Shown here piece by piece: positions 1 through 12,444 of a stretch of DNA of 64,000 nucleotides. Source of the stretch: Octopus vulgaris (lineage: Eukaryota). The stretch is taken from assembly GCA_951406725.2 (NCBI GenBank), contig OX597820.1, positions 97,030,001-97,094,000 of the forward strand, given 5' to 3'. Position numbers and translations under genes: made by a program. Under the pieces are notes generated by a model. It was not told the origin of the DNA and did no database searches. It saw only the letters and a program-made list of their open reading frames with translations. The number at the start of each line of letters is the position of its first letter. Position 1 is the stretch's first letter.

Positions 1-1905
1 GCTACACACACTAAAGGCTTTAACAGAAATAAGCTTTTTTCTTTTTTTATCTTGTTAAAGGAACTCCTCCAACCTAACGTCTAGTAATTCTTGTTTGGCT
101 TACTGCCCCATATATATATATATATGTATTTCAGATATGGACATATTATTTTTTGCTATGAGTTTACATCTAACCAGTTCTCAAATTTGGTAATTCATTA
201 AACCTTGGAATTTATATTGTTTTTTTTTTTTTTTCTGTCGTTTAGAAGAAAAGGGAAGGATAGGAATTTATTATCATCAGTGTAGCTTTTGGATACAGAG
301 CTTGATTTCTTTGGCTGTTATGTGGCTCACCGTTCTGTTGTGCAGATGTTTTCATACAATAGTAAAGTGGAAAAATTCTTTAACACTTTACTTGATTTCA
401 GATGTCAAATGAATAAACTCGTTTTTCTGTTTCCAAACTTATGAAAATTCACTTGGAGATTGGACGTTAAACGCTGATGAGAAGCTCTTATAACGTTGGT
501 CTTTATTTTTTTACCAGGTGAGAGTGTACATGGTTGCTTGATACCAGCCAAATCTCTGTTGTGTCACCAATGCAATGACGTGAAACACATTTTGACAGAT
601 AAACATGAGACATGTAACCTTGTGTGTGGTCGCTTGACTTGCTAGAAATAGCAGTTAAATCTCCTTCAAATCCCACTACTGTCTTAAAGAAAGGACACAT
701 TAGATAATGTAGTCCTACATGCTCTGTTTCAATAAAACATAGGTCACAACTAGAATGCCTTTTACCCACTGGCCTCCTTGACAAAGGTTGACTTGGGATG
801 ACTAAACAACTGTCAAAGTCAAAATATATGGAAATGGTACATACTGTTGCTCATGGTATCCTATCAAGGGTTTTGTATTTTTTTTTTATTCATTCCTTTA
901 TTACTTACCCACAAGCATAAAAATTGAAAAGGAAAAAAAAAAAACTTTTTTTTTTCCTCCCCTCAAAGTCTGATTTGGTTTCTACTCATATCTGAGTATG
1001 GTTTCCATATTCACATACATCTTATAAAATATGGTTCTGTAACTACAAATTTTTTTCCCTCATAGCTAATGGTGACCTCTTACTTTTCAAACGTGCGTTA
1101 ACTTTAAACCTATACACATCAATGTTTTCAGTACCTTTTAAATGTTTTTGTACCAAGAAATATAAATATATATAATGTGATTTAATTTAGGGGACCAAAG
1201 TGAATACATTAAATTACTAAGGCTTACCTTAGTTATTATACTGAATATATATACATATATATACCTTAAATTACTGTATACTATTTAATTTATTATTTTG
1301 GATGCAAAGTGGAGTTTGAATTAGTTACATACAATACATACAATCACATGTCTACATTGTCAACTGTTAAATATTTTTGTGTGTGGATAATTAATTTCTT
1401 TTGACTTATACTAAACTGTTGATAACTGCTTTCTGTTAACACTGTTTTATGGTTTATGTGTGTTTCTTTGTAACAGTTGGTTTTATTTAATTGTCTATAT
1501 TTGTTTTCTGTTGAAATTTTTATTTTTTATCGTGAATGTTGCTCCTTAACCTTCACAAACTTCAATCAAGTAAATTATTTACTCACACATATTTCCACAT
1601 GGGTCATATGACATATCTGCTAAAAATTCGGCTTCAATTTGATTTTGTTTTTTGTTTTTTTTTTATGTATCCCTCTGCCCATTTTATCAATCTATCATAG
1701 TTTCATTTCATGTAATTTGACTAAATTTGGAACCATACTTTTGTAAATAATTTCCTATATGAATTTGTGATGGTATAAAAAGCATACATTTACTATTGAG
1801 GATTTTTCTTTTATTTACAAAAAGAAAAGACAATTTCTATACGATTCCATCCTGAAGTACCGCAATGATCTATATATAACGAATAAAATTTATTGATTGA
1901 AAATA
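1..1905 (+). other. Probable 3' UTR of a convergent upstream gene, with polyadenylation signal
   Basis: Strongly T-rich on the plus strand and poor in young SINEs. AATAAA at 1882-1887 is followed about 20 nt later by a U/GU-rich tract (tttcgttgtcttt). No coding exon seen. Confidence 0.45.
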
Positions 1906-2363
1906 CTTTCGTTGTCTTTAACACTGTTTGAAGTATTCATCATGAAATGTTTAATCTTATCTTATGTTTGTCATACTGGGGCAACATCTTGAAGGGTAAG
2001 TCAAACAAATCAATGCCAATACTTATTTCATTCTGAGCTTGGTATTTGTTCTATCAATCTGTTTATAGATTATAGGGGTGTAAACAAACCAACACCTGTT
2101 AAGCAGTGGTGGGGGAAAGGGGCAAAACAAAGATACACACACACACACACATACGCATATGACAGGCTTCTTCCACTCACAAGGGACAGGCATGGTAGGA
2201 AATTTGCTTCCCAACCATATGGTTCCAGGTTCAGTCTCACTGTGTGACACCTTGAACAAAATGTCTTGTGAGTGGATTTGGTAGACATTATTATTATTAT
2301 TCAAAACAGTTTGATTCGAATTCCATGCTACTTCAAGTTTTAAAGTCCCTAATGGATTTTTTC

Positions 2364-2655
2364 TCATCATCATCATCATCATTTAACATCCGTTTTCCGC
2401 ACTAGCACGGGTTGGACGGTTCGACAGGGGTCTGGGAAGCCAGGAGGCTGCACCAGGCTCCAGTCTGATCTAGCAGTGTTTCTACAGCTGGATGCCCTTC
2501 CTAATGCCAACCACTCCGTGAGTGTAGTGGGTGCTTTTTTACATGCCACTGGCACAGGTGCCAGGGGAGTCTGGCAGCGGCCACGATCGGTTGGTGCTTT
2601 TAACGTGCCACCGGCACGGAAGCCAGTCAAGGCGGCGCTGGCATCGGCCACCTGG
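2364..2655 (-). mobile_element. 5'-truncated RTE-clade LINE 3' UTR with (GAT)n tail
   Basis: Same sequence as the longer copy at 34643-35360, which extends into an RTE ORF C-terminus. Confidence 0.75.
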
Positions 2656-2907
2656 CAATAATCTGAATGACTGGAGAGGTTCAAGATGGTTACTGGTAGG
2701 TGGGCTGTAATTGGTCAAGGAAGGTCACATGATGTCATGGTTGATAATATTGCTAAAGAAGTGACAGCAGTTACATGGGTGAAAAGAGTTTCTTTGGCCG
2801 CTTGGTTAGATAGGAAATTAGAAAAAATGACTTTATCATTTATTAAATTGGGGCTTGGAACAGAAATTAACATGAAATTTTGGTGTAAGGTTTTAATTTA
2901 GATCACA

Positions 2908-3135
2908 TTGACCCTTTAGCATTTAAACCAGCTGCCATATCTGGCTCAAATATTCTACCAGCTTTGTTCAAACCAGCTAGATCCTACCTCTCCCACCTAC
3001 TCTACAATATCATTCTAAAAATAAACAATCACATCATTGAAATCTCAAAGAGACAAGACAATGCATGATTAATTCAATATAATATGAATAAATAAGCATT
3101 TAAAGTTGACAGTAATAAGAACACTAATGGGTTAA
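2908..3135. mobile_element. TTAA-flanked MITE family A (piggyBac-type, about 220 bp)
   Basis: Ends ccctttagc...ctaa(a/t)ggg with TTAA-like flanks. Further copies at 5721-5946, 30499-30728, 37468-37693, 46293-46515 and 48871-49308. Confidence 0.75.
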
Positions 3136-3712
3136 CAGATGGAGAGGAAATCACTGCAAGTTTAACAGAGATGGGCTTTCTGCAAGGGTGACTTTAGAGG
3201 CACTGTATAGACAAAATCATTCATGGTTGCCCTACTAAGCAAGAGTTAAGGGAACTCACCACTGCTTAACCATAAACTCCCAAAATAGGTTGTATTTTGG
3301 TCACATATTTCTCTTACAGCAAATCAAGTCAAGAAGTGGTACTGGTGTCTGCTTCCTACTACAGGAAATCATTATTTTTTGCCATATTCAAAAGAGAAAT
3401 GTCATATCATTTGACAAATTGAGATATGCTATGCAATATGTAATAGGAAAACCCCAAATTGTAATATTTCAGCAGTTAAGCTTTAATTAAAATGTTTCTT
3501 TGAGCCAAAGTGGGCTTGAGAAAGCAGTGTTTTGATCAAACTCTACTAGTATTAAGGAGGTGAGGGTAAATATATAAGCATTACATTTGACAGAGAAATT
3601 TGAATGCTAAAGGGTTAAAACAGGAAGTTTATATCGTAGAACAATGGACTATTTCAGATGGGTTAGTATCAAAAGAGTTAATGTCAAATTTTGCTAATAC
3701 TGAAATGACCCG

Positions 3713-4092
3713 TTACTCTTTTACTTGTTTCAGTCATTTGACTGCGGCCATGCTGGAGCACCGCCTTTAGTCGAGCAAATCGACCCCGGGACTTAATCTT
3801 TGTAAGCCCAGTACTTATTCTATCGGTCTCTTTTGCCGAACCGCTAAGTGACGGCGACGTAAACACACCAGCATCGGTTGTCAAGCAATGCTAGGGGGAC
3901 AAACATACACACATATACATACATATATACGATGGGCTTCTTTCAGTTTCCGTCTACCAAATCCACTCACAAGGCTTTGGTCGGCCCGAGGCTATAGTAG
4001 AAAACACTTGCCCAACATGCCACGCAGTGGGACTGAACCCGGAACCATGTGGTTGGTAAGCAAGCTACTTACCACACAGCCACTCCTGCGCC
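3713..4092 (-). mobile_element. tRNA-derived SINE family 1 (bipartite, central TA/TG microsatellite)
   Basis: Head ggcgcaggagtggctgtgtggtaag (A box) ... gggttcagtccc (B box); tail aagtaaaagag. Many near-identical copies in the window. Confidence 0.9.
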
Positions 4093-5024
4093 GTTTTTTT
4101 TTTCTTGTGACCCAGGTACTGGATATATATTACATGTTACAATTTTCTATATTAAATCCTAAAACCAATGAGAAATGTATAAGTATTCGCAAGAATGTTG
4201 GGAGAAACTATGCACCATTTTGCTACCAACATCACCAAGGATATGCAAGAGAGATGGAGAAACTAATTAATCGCACATTATCAACATCATCATAGACCAG
4301 ATTGTTCAGCTAGTACATCTACAGAATACACACACACACACAGACATATTCATTCAGATGACACGAATAGACAGTCCTCTAGGAAAATCTTGTTCCATAT
4401 ATATAGTGGCGTACGTACACTTTGCTCACCTTAGATATATATATATACATACGATGTGTGTATATATATATAATATATATATATGTATGTATGTAAGCCA
4501 TGGTTACATACAGTGGGACTGAACCAAAAACCATGTAGTTGGGAAACAAATTTTTTACTGCACAGCCACACCTGCACCTATATATTTATTTTTCTTTTCA
4601 AAAATGTATACCAAAATAATTTCCAGTGTTTTATACTCCATGTCATTTTAGTACAACATGGTTAAAAGGAATGTCATTTCCTCAAAAAAAAATATATAAA
4701 TAATAATAACAAACCTTGAATATGGTGAAGCATCTTATCAGCCAACAAATACTGGAAGTGTTTACAAATGTTTTATACATTTCAGTTCATACACACATCA
4801 CATCATATACTATGTAAACATGCCAGCTTTGCTGTAGCAACAGTCTTAGTTTAATTTAATCCAAGGTAATAAGAGCACAGTCACAAGGAGTAGATTACCA
4901 CCCAAGAGGTTCTTCGTTAGACTGTTCGAAAAGTAATACATCCTTGTAGTGTGCTTTCCAACTTAGTTACAAACATATAAAAAAACATGTTTATTTAGAA
5001 ATGCATATCTATGTTTAGATCTTT

Positions 5025-5254
5025 AATCTTTAATCTTTTAATCTTTTACTTGTTTCAGTCATTTGACTGCGGCCATGCTGGAGCACCGCCTTTAATCGAG
5101 CAATTCGACACCGGGACTTATTCTTTTGTAAGCCCAGTACTTATTCTATCGGTCTCTTTTGCCGAACCGCTAAGTAACGGGGACATAAACACACCGGCAT
5201 CGGTTGTCAAGCAATGCTAGGGGGACAAACACAGACACACAAACACACACACGC

Positions 5255-5305
<51 letters not shown>

Positions 5306-5481
5306 TATATATACACATATATACGACAGGCTTCTTTCAGTTTCCGTCTACCAAATCCACTGACAAGGCTTTGGTTGGCCCGAGGCTATAGTAGAAGACA
5401 CTTGCCCAAAGTGCCATGCAGTGGGACTGAACCCGGAACCATGTGGTTGGTAAACAAGCTACTTACCACACAGCCACACTC
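5025..5481 (-). mobile_element. tRNA-SINE family 1 copy
   Basis: Full-length match to 3713-4092. Confidence 0.9.
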
Positions 5482-5720
5482 CATATAGATAGATATTCAT
5501 ATACATTTATATGAACAAATGGAGGAAAATTAAAAGTATTCACTAATTCACTTCATCCCATAGTTTATTTCTTAATTCAAAGTTGAAATTTCACTCCATC
5601 ACTGCTCTCAGCTTCTCTGCTTTTATTATCTTCCTCTAAATGACTCTTAATAGACATGATGCAGGAATTTGTACTACTGACAGGCTGAATCAGCCTTTCA
5701 AAATAAATTACACAGCATTG

Positions 5721-5946
5721 TTAACTCTTTAGCATTTAGCCCAGCCATATCCAGCCCAAATTTTCTACCTGTTTTATGTTCAAACTTGCCAGATCCAACC
5801 TCTTACACCTACCCTACAATGTCATTATTAAAAATAAACAATCACATAGCATTGAAATCTCAATGTTATGAGATAATGCATGATTATTTCAAAACAATAT
5901 GAATAAGCATCACATTTGAAAGAGTAGTCTGAACGCTAAAGGGTTA
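5721..5946. mobile_element. TTAA MITE family A copy
   Basis: ttaa-ctctttagc ... gctaaaggg-ttaa. Confidence 0.8.
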
Positions 5947-6436
5947 AGGACCATAATTTTGGTTTTGGTGGGGTTGAATTATGGCATAGAACTTGCATTC
6001 ATTTAATGTGGTTTGGGAAATTGATAGTTGCTGTGGATCCCTGTCATTTAAAGACAAAGGGAGTTCAGTTTTTTGATCAACTGAATTACCTGCTCTTGAA
6101 TTAATCTGTAAACATCATCATCATTTAATGCCTGTTTTCCATGCTGTTTGGCAAGAATTGATAAGGCCAGAAGTCACACCAGCTTCCATTGTCTGTTCTG
6201 GCATGGTTTCTATGGCTGGATGCCCTTCCTAACACCAACCACTTCACAGAGTGTACTGGATGCATTTTATGTGGCACCAGCACCAGTGCTCTTTGTGTGA
6301 CAGAAGTACCAGTATCAATTCTGCTGTGGGAAGACAAGTTTTCTTGAGATCAACCTTTAATATTTTGTCCCATGTCTCCCTCTTCCATAATTTCCATCTT
6401 CTTGTAATCAGCACTTCTATATGCAACTGTCTACAT

Positions 6437-6750
6437 CAGGGGTTTCTCAATCATTTTTTTTTTATCTATGGACCCCTTTGATTGCTATTTTATTCTGGTG
6501 GACCTCCAGAGCTATTCAATATCTAAAAAATAGTTTTATAGAAAGTTCTTTCTAAATTCCCATTTTGTTTTTCACATATTCTCTTGTGTAGGTTGAACCA
6601 TGTAAAATGTGAGAGAAAAAAACTTAGCTGTTTCTTGAAATACATACCAATACATACATCTAAAGTGAAATTTTTTCAGGGGTCATTAAAATACTATTGT
6701 GGATTCCCTACTTATTATTTTGTGATGTGGACCCTAATTGAGAACAACTG
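6437..6750. mobile_element. hAT (Charlie/MER5-like) non-autonomous DNA transposon
   Basis: TIRs caggggtttctcaa / ttgagaacaactg; perfect 8-bp TSD gtctacat at 6429-6436 and 6751-6758. Confidence 0.85.
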
Positions 6751-6828
6751 GTCTACATCCATTCTACAGACGTGCATTTTTAACATAATTTTCTGGCAGA
6801 AGGCTGTACCATTTGAACTACGGATACA

Positions 6829-7293
6829 CCATAAATCCTCGAGTATAGTCTGCCCTTGAGAATAATACGCAGGGGATTTTTAGGGGGTTGTACATCTGAA
6901 AAACCTAAACCTTGTGTATAATACGCACCCCTTCTCTAACTTGAGTCGTGCATAATTAAGACTGTAGCACCTAGTCTAATAAACACTTCCATGCATGTGT
7001 AATACAATAATGGTGATGTTCTTAACTGTTATATGGGAATGTAAATATGTTTGTAAATTGTTTCTGTTACATGTTATTCTGTGTTCTGAATACTTTTATT
7101 TTAATAAATGTTGCTTACTGCAAGTTATAGATGATTCTTCATTGCTTTCAGGCTCATCACAAAATGCATCTGAATAAACATTGCTGGACAGTAAATAGAG
7201 ACTTGGACATTGCTTAGAAAATAATTTTCATTTTTAACCTTTGACCTTTAAATTTTGGGGGAAAAAATGCAGATTATACTTGAAGATTTACAG
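6829..7293. mobile_element. Tc1/mariner-superfamily (pogo/Tc2-like) non-autonomous element
   Basis: Imperfect TIRs of about 25 bp (ccataaatcctcgagtatagtctgc / gcagattatacttgaagatttacag); TA at the right flank. Confidence 0.65.
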
Positions 7294-7927
7294 TAATTCA
7301 TCTGACAAGCTTCTATACAGTTTCCATCGATCCAAGCTCACCCATAAGGTATGGGTCAACTTGAGGCTATAGAACATGACATTTGCCAAAGACACCATGT
7401 AGTGGGATCAAATCTGAGATCTTGTGGTTGTGAAGCAAACTACTTAACCACTTGGCCATATTGCATCTACAAACCTTGATAGTGTAAGACAATCAATACT
7501 TAAAGAATTGAGGACCAGTAATTGGTATAGAGGTCAGCTGTTAGACAAATTAACACTTTTGACATAGATACCATTTTTTTTTTACACCTGTACTCAGCTA
7601 GGGTCAAGTGTAATTTGAAAATGTTTAATTTCTTCTTAAAATGTAAACTACAGATGATTATTACTAATGGTAATGGTGGTAGTGGTAGGTATCTGCTGTC
7701 AAATGATGAAGATTCAGTTGTTTAATCAACTGAAATACATGATCCTGAATAACATATATATATATGTATATACGACAGGCTTCTTTCAGTTTCCGTCTAC
7801 CAAATCCACTCACAAGACTTTGGTCGGCCTGAGGCTATAGTAGAAGACACTTGCCCAAGATGCCACGCAGTGGGACTGAACCTGGAACCATGTAGTTGGT
7901 AAGCAAGCTACTTACCACATAGCCACT

Positions 7928-7963
<36 letters not shown>

Positions 7964-7965
<2 letters not shown>

Positions 7966-8328
7966 AAAGAAATTTGTTGTGCAAGGCTGGAATAATGCAA
8001 GCAGGAAAAGAAAACAAAACAAAGTTGCAGTTTTACCTTGTGTTTCAATATTTTGATGTTATGACCCCTTCTTCAGGATATTTGGGAAAAGCAGTGCTTG
8101 GAAAAATCATTGCTCAGGTGTGTAAGGAAAGATGACATTTGCAGACTGGTGTTGCTCTGCACATCACCTTCCTCCTTCCACCCTATGTGAGCAAATGTTC
8201 TAGAAGAGGCTACAACCCCAAAATGTAGAAATACAAGGTAAAACTGCAACTTTATTTTGTTTTTTCCTTTTCCAGTTTATTCTGTTTCTTCTTGCACTGT
8301 TCTGGCCTTACACAACAAATCTCTTTAA
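7964..8328. repeat. Decayed fold-back element between (TA)n tracts (Penelope-like remnant)
   Basis: Arms ttaaagaaatttgttgtgcaaggc...aaagttgcagttttaccttgt are the reverse complement of 8234-8328. Confidence 0.7.
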
Positions 8329-8352
8329 AGAATGCTTCACCAAAACTACTTC

Positions 8353-8403
<51 letters not shown>

Positions 8404-8739
8404 CTATATAGGAGAAAGCTGCTTATTAATTAGGTATGTACTAAAAGAAAGCAATTATTAATGGTTTGACCATCTGGTAATATTTTTATAAATTCATGTT
8501 CTAAGGAATTTTCTATAATTTTGATTTCTCAAGTTTGAATTTTTTTTATCTCCAATTTCTTGCAAATTTAAATATTCATTGCATTCACTGCATCCAATTC
8601 TTCACAAATTTAAATTAAACATAATATTCATTACATTCACTGAGGAGTATTCCATTTTCATTTTCTCTTTTAATGCTTTTTATTTCAAGTTTTAATTCAC
8701 TATTTGGAAAACTGACAATTTATTCTATTAACGTATACT

Positions 8740-8950
8740 TTTGGAAACATTTTTTCACGCTAAGAGTTGCTGAAGCATGGAACAAACTGCCTGCGTCAGT
8801 TATTGACTGCCATGACACTGCATCCTTTAAGGCCCTCATGCTTTCTGAAATCCGCCGAAACTACACCTGATTATACATACACTTTAGATGAGTTGTAGTG
8901 CACCTGAGCACTGTACACAATGTTTTTATTATTATTATTATTATTATTTA
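8740..8950 (+). mobile_element. CR1-clade LINE 3' end with (ATT)n tail
   Basis: WKHFFTLRVAEAWNKLPASV...*; same family as 16783-17300. Confidence 0.85.
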
Positions 8951-9419
8951 ATGTAATAACATTATTTACTGAACGAAAATTTTTTTAAATACCTGTATAA
9001 TTTTTGTAAAAAAATTTAAAAGTGATTTTGTTGTTATGGCTGTTTGGAATGCTATAAGCCTTACAATAACTATCTGGACCAATTTTGGCCATTTTCATGT
9101 TTAACTTAAAAACCACGGGGGAAGCCTTTTCAGTAAAAAACAAAACAAAAACAAGACAAATTGTAAATATTTTCAGAGTGAAAGGTGAGCAATTCAAGGG
9201 AGGTTTCGCTGTTGTTACTAGCACAACCCAAACCACCCTCCCTTTTCACTCTCAGATGTATTGATGTTTTTTTAATATTTTACTCCCATTAAACACATTT
9301 TATGGAATGGTGATGCTGTAGTAACACACACGTGGTCCATTGGTTGAAGAAAAACAACACAATAAATTGTAATCTAGATTTTTACCTCCACCTGAATCAA
9401 GTGAAGCCATGTGTTTGTA

Positions 9420-9803
9420 CTTACTTTTTACTTGTTTCAGTCATTTGACTGTGGCCATGCTGGAGCACCGCCTTTAGTCAAACAAATTGCCCCTAGGACT
9501 TATTCTTTGTAAGCCTAGTATTTATTGTATTGGTTTCTTTTGCGAACCGCTAAGTGACGGAGACGTAAACACACCAGCATCAGTTGTCAAGCGATGTTGG
9601 GGGACAAACATATACACATACATACATACATATATATATATAACGGGCTTCTTTCAGTTTCCGTCTACCAAATCCACTCACAAGGCTTTGGTCAGCCTGA
9701 AGTTATAGTAGAAGACACTTGCCCAAGGTGCCACGCAGTGGGACTGAACCCGGAACCATTTGGTTGGTAAGCAAGCTACTTACCACACAGCCATTTCAGC
9801 GCC
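9420..9803 (-). mobile_element. tRNA-SINE family 1 copy
   Basis: Full-length match to 3713-4092. Confidence 0.88.
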
Positions 9804-9866
9804 TGTGTGTGTGTGTGTAAGAAAAAACATTTTCTAACCAAAAAGCATGCTATTAAAATGAATTAC

Positions 9867-10144
9867 TCTGTTGTGTTTGAGGAGAGTCATTTTCTTTTTG
9901 AGCCTTATTATGTAACACACTCACTGGTAAAATTTCCACTTTTTTCTTATTTTTATTGTCCTAAAATTTTCGTTGTGTCTTGCAACCTTTTCAATAGTTT
10001 TCAAGCGTCAAAACTATTGAAAAGGTTCCAAGACGCAATGAAAATTTTAGGACAATAGAAATAAGAAAAAAGTGGAAATTTTACCGGTGAGTGTGTCACA
10101 TAATAAGGCTCAAAAAGAAAATGACTGTCCCCTGACACAACAGA
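9867..10144. repeat. Near-perfect palindrome (arms about 138 bp, essentially no spacer)
   Basis: Arms are reverse complements centred at 10005/10006. The ORF track gives almost the same peptide on both strands (9807+ and 10201-). Confidence 0.9.
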
Positions 10145-10244
10145 ATATGCTTCAACACATGAACTCATATAAAGAATCTTGCAAACCAAATCCAAAAACA
10201 AAATAAAATGAATTATCTTTTACATAACTCTTTTTAAAATCAAC

Positions 10245-10533
10245 AACAATTGCAGTGTGGAAGATGTTTGCAAGCCATTCAAGAACACACAACAGTTAGT
10301 TTCACTTCACCATTTAAATTTCATGTGTCGAACAATTTTCATCACTTTGAAACTGTGACCTGTCCACTGACAAAACTTCACAAAAATGATGCAGCACAAA
10401 GTTTTGTCAGTGAACAGGTTGTGGTTTGAAAGTGACAAAAATATTTTGACACAAATGAAATTTAAATGTTGAAGTGAAACTGTTTTTGTGTGTTCTTGAA
10501 TGGCTTACAAACACCTTCCATGTTGCAATTGTT
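10245..10533. repeat. Second fold-back element (arms about 130 bp, loop about 20 nt)
   Basis: aacaattgcagtgtggaagatgtttgcaagccattcaagaacacac pairs with gtgtgttcttgaatggcttacaaacaccttccatgttgcaattgtt. Confidence 0.85.
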
Positions 10534-12444
10534 TTTGCTTTAGCACACAATCTCAGATCAAATCACTTGCTATGCAAGTATATCTCCATAATTTTTTTAA
10601 ATCACTGTGGATAAATGCCAGCAATGGCCTTCTCAGGCTCTGCAATATTTTAATTTCTAAGCAAAAACAATTGGGATTTTTATTTATATGATATTTCATT
10701 TCATGTTTATTTCATTCATTGTTTACAATGTCCTCTCTCTCCAGGTTTGATTTCGTTATTACACTAACATCACATTAGAATTTTGCAATTCAACATGAGG
10801 TATCCAAAAACATATGCGACTGAAAAAGAACATTTAACAGCAAAGGCACAATGCCGGAGAGAAAGATGGGCAACTGAATCAGATAAATCCAGGCAAAGCG
10901 ACTGAAACAAAAGTTTGAATATGCATGTAGATGTAGAGATGTTTCTGTTTCTGATACTCATGACCAACTGGTTCGGGTATCTCGAGAGGAGAATATTCTA
11001 CCTCAAAATAAGACACTGAGTCAGCTTTTACCATCTATGACAGTTCAGCCCCCTAGTGATAATCAGTATCAAATGAGAAGCCTTCCAAACTTCAGTGAGA
11101 TACAAATAGAAACACCAGTGCCAACAAACAGGGTGCTGAGATATGAAACTGAATATTTACAGCAGGAGTACAGATGAAAAAATTTTCCAACTAGGAAGAA
11201 TTCTGTTAAAAGATTAGCAATGAAAGAAAATTTCAATAATTTTCAAGAACAGTCTGTCCTATCTATTGTACAGCCACACAATGCAAGGAGTCTTCCACTA
11301 GGTCTCACCTTTTAATATTCAGATTTCTCTAATACATATATATTCCCAATGTTTTGGATTAATTATGCATTATCTTGTACCTTTGAGATTCTGATGATAA
11401 TGTGATTGTTTATTTTTAGAATGACAATGTAGGGTAGGTATGAGAGGCTGGATCTGGCTGGTTTGAACATAAAATAGACAAAATATTTTGATGTAACCAG
11501 TTTAAAGGGGGACTGAACCCGGAACCATGTGGTTGGTAAGCAAGCTACTTACCACACAGCCACTCCTGCGCCATATGATGGACTTCTTTTAGTTTCTATC
11601 TATCAAATCCACTCACAAGCCTTTGGTCAGGCTGGGGCTATAGTAGGAGATACTTACTCAAAGTGCTACACAGTGGAACTGAACCTGAAACAACATGGTT
11701 GGAAAGCAAGCTTCTTAACCATACAGCTGTTTCTGCATACAGTAGTAAAATAAAAGTATAAATTTATAATACCTTATGAATGAGGGAATAGTACGTATTC
11801 TGAAGTGTGCACCACTATATATTTCCACAGCAAATGATATATAATCTATTTCTTACCCATGAAACTGGTGCCTTTTTTTTTCCCCTTATAAAAATATTCT
11901 TGATGCCAGGTAAAACACACCCATGCTGGCACCCATGTAAAGAAGACATCCAGCACACTCTATAAAATGGTTGGCATTAGGAAAGACATCCAACCATAGA
12001 AGCTGTGCCAAAATGGACAACTGGAGTCTGGTACAGCTCTCTGACTTGCTAGCTCTTTTCAAACTGCCCAACCTATGCCAGCATGGAAAACAGACAGTAA
12101 ATGATGACGAGGCTGTTAATTAGCTTTTCATGTTTTATTTACTTATTTATGTTTCCCCATGCTGTAACGTGCAAGGTGGTTCTTCCTTCTCACCTTTTTT
12201 TTTTTTTGCACATTATTAGATCAAAATGTTTTCACAGCTGTTGGTGCTTACTATTGCTAACATAAACGAAGAAGTAAAATCTGTTCTGTTAAGGAAACCG
12301 AAACAAGCAGAGCTATGTAGCTTCCATAAAGGTATAAAGCAAAGAATAAAACAGTAAACATGACTAAGATGCCAGTGCATGCATGAGAAATAAATGAAAT
12401 AAGGATTTAACCACCTACATATCTGAGAGGGTTATTAATAAAAT

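Noticed and set aside
520-815. Possible coding segment (93-aa ORF) in the first kilobase
   Set aside because: No domain or splice support; it reads like an old SINE-type repeat in UTR-like DNA.
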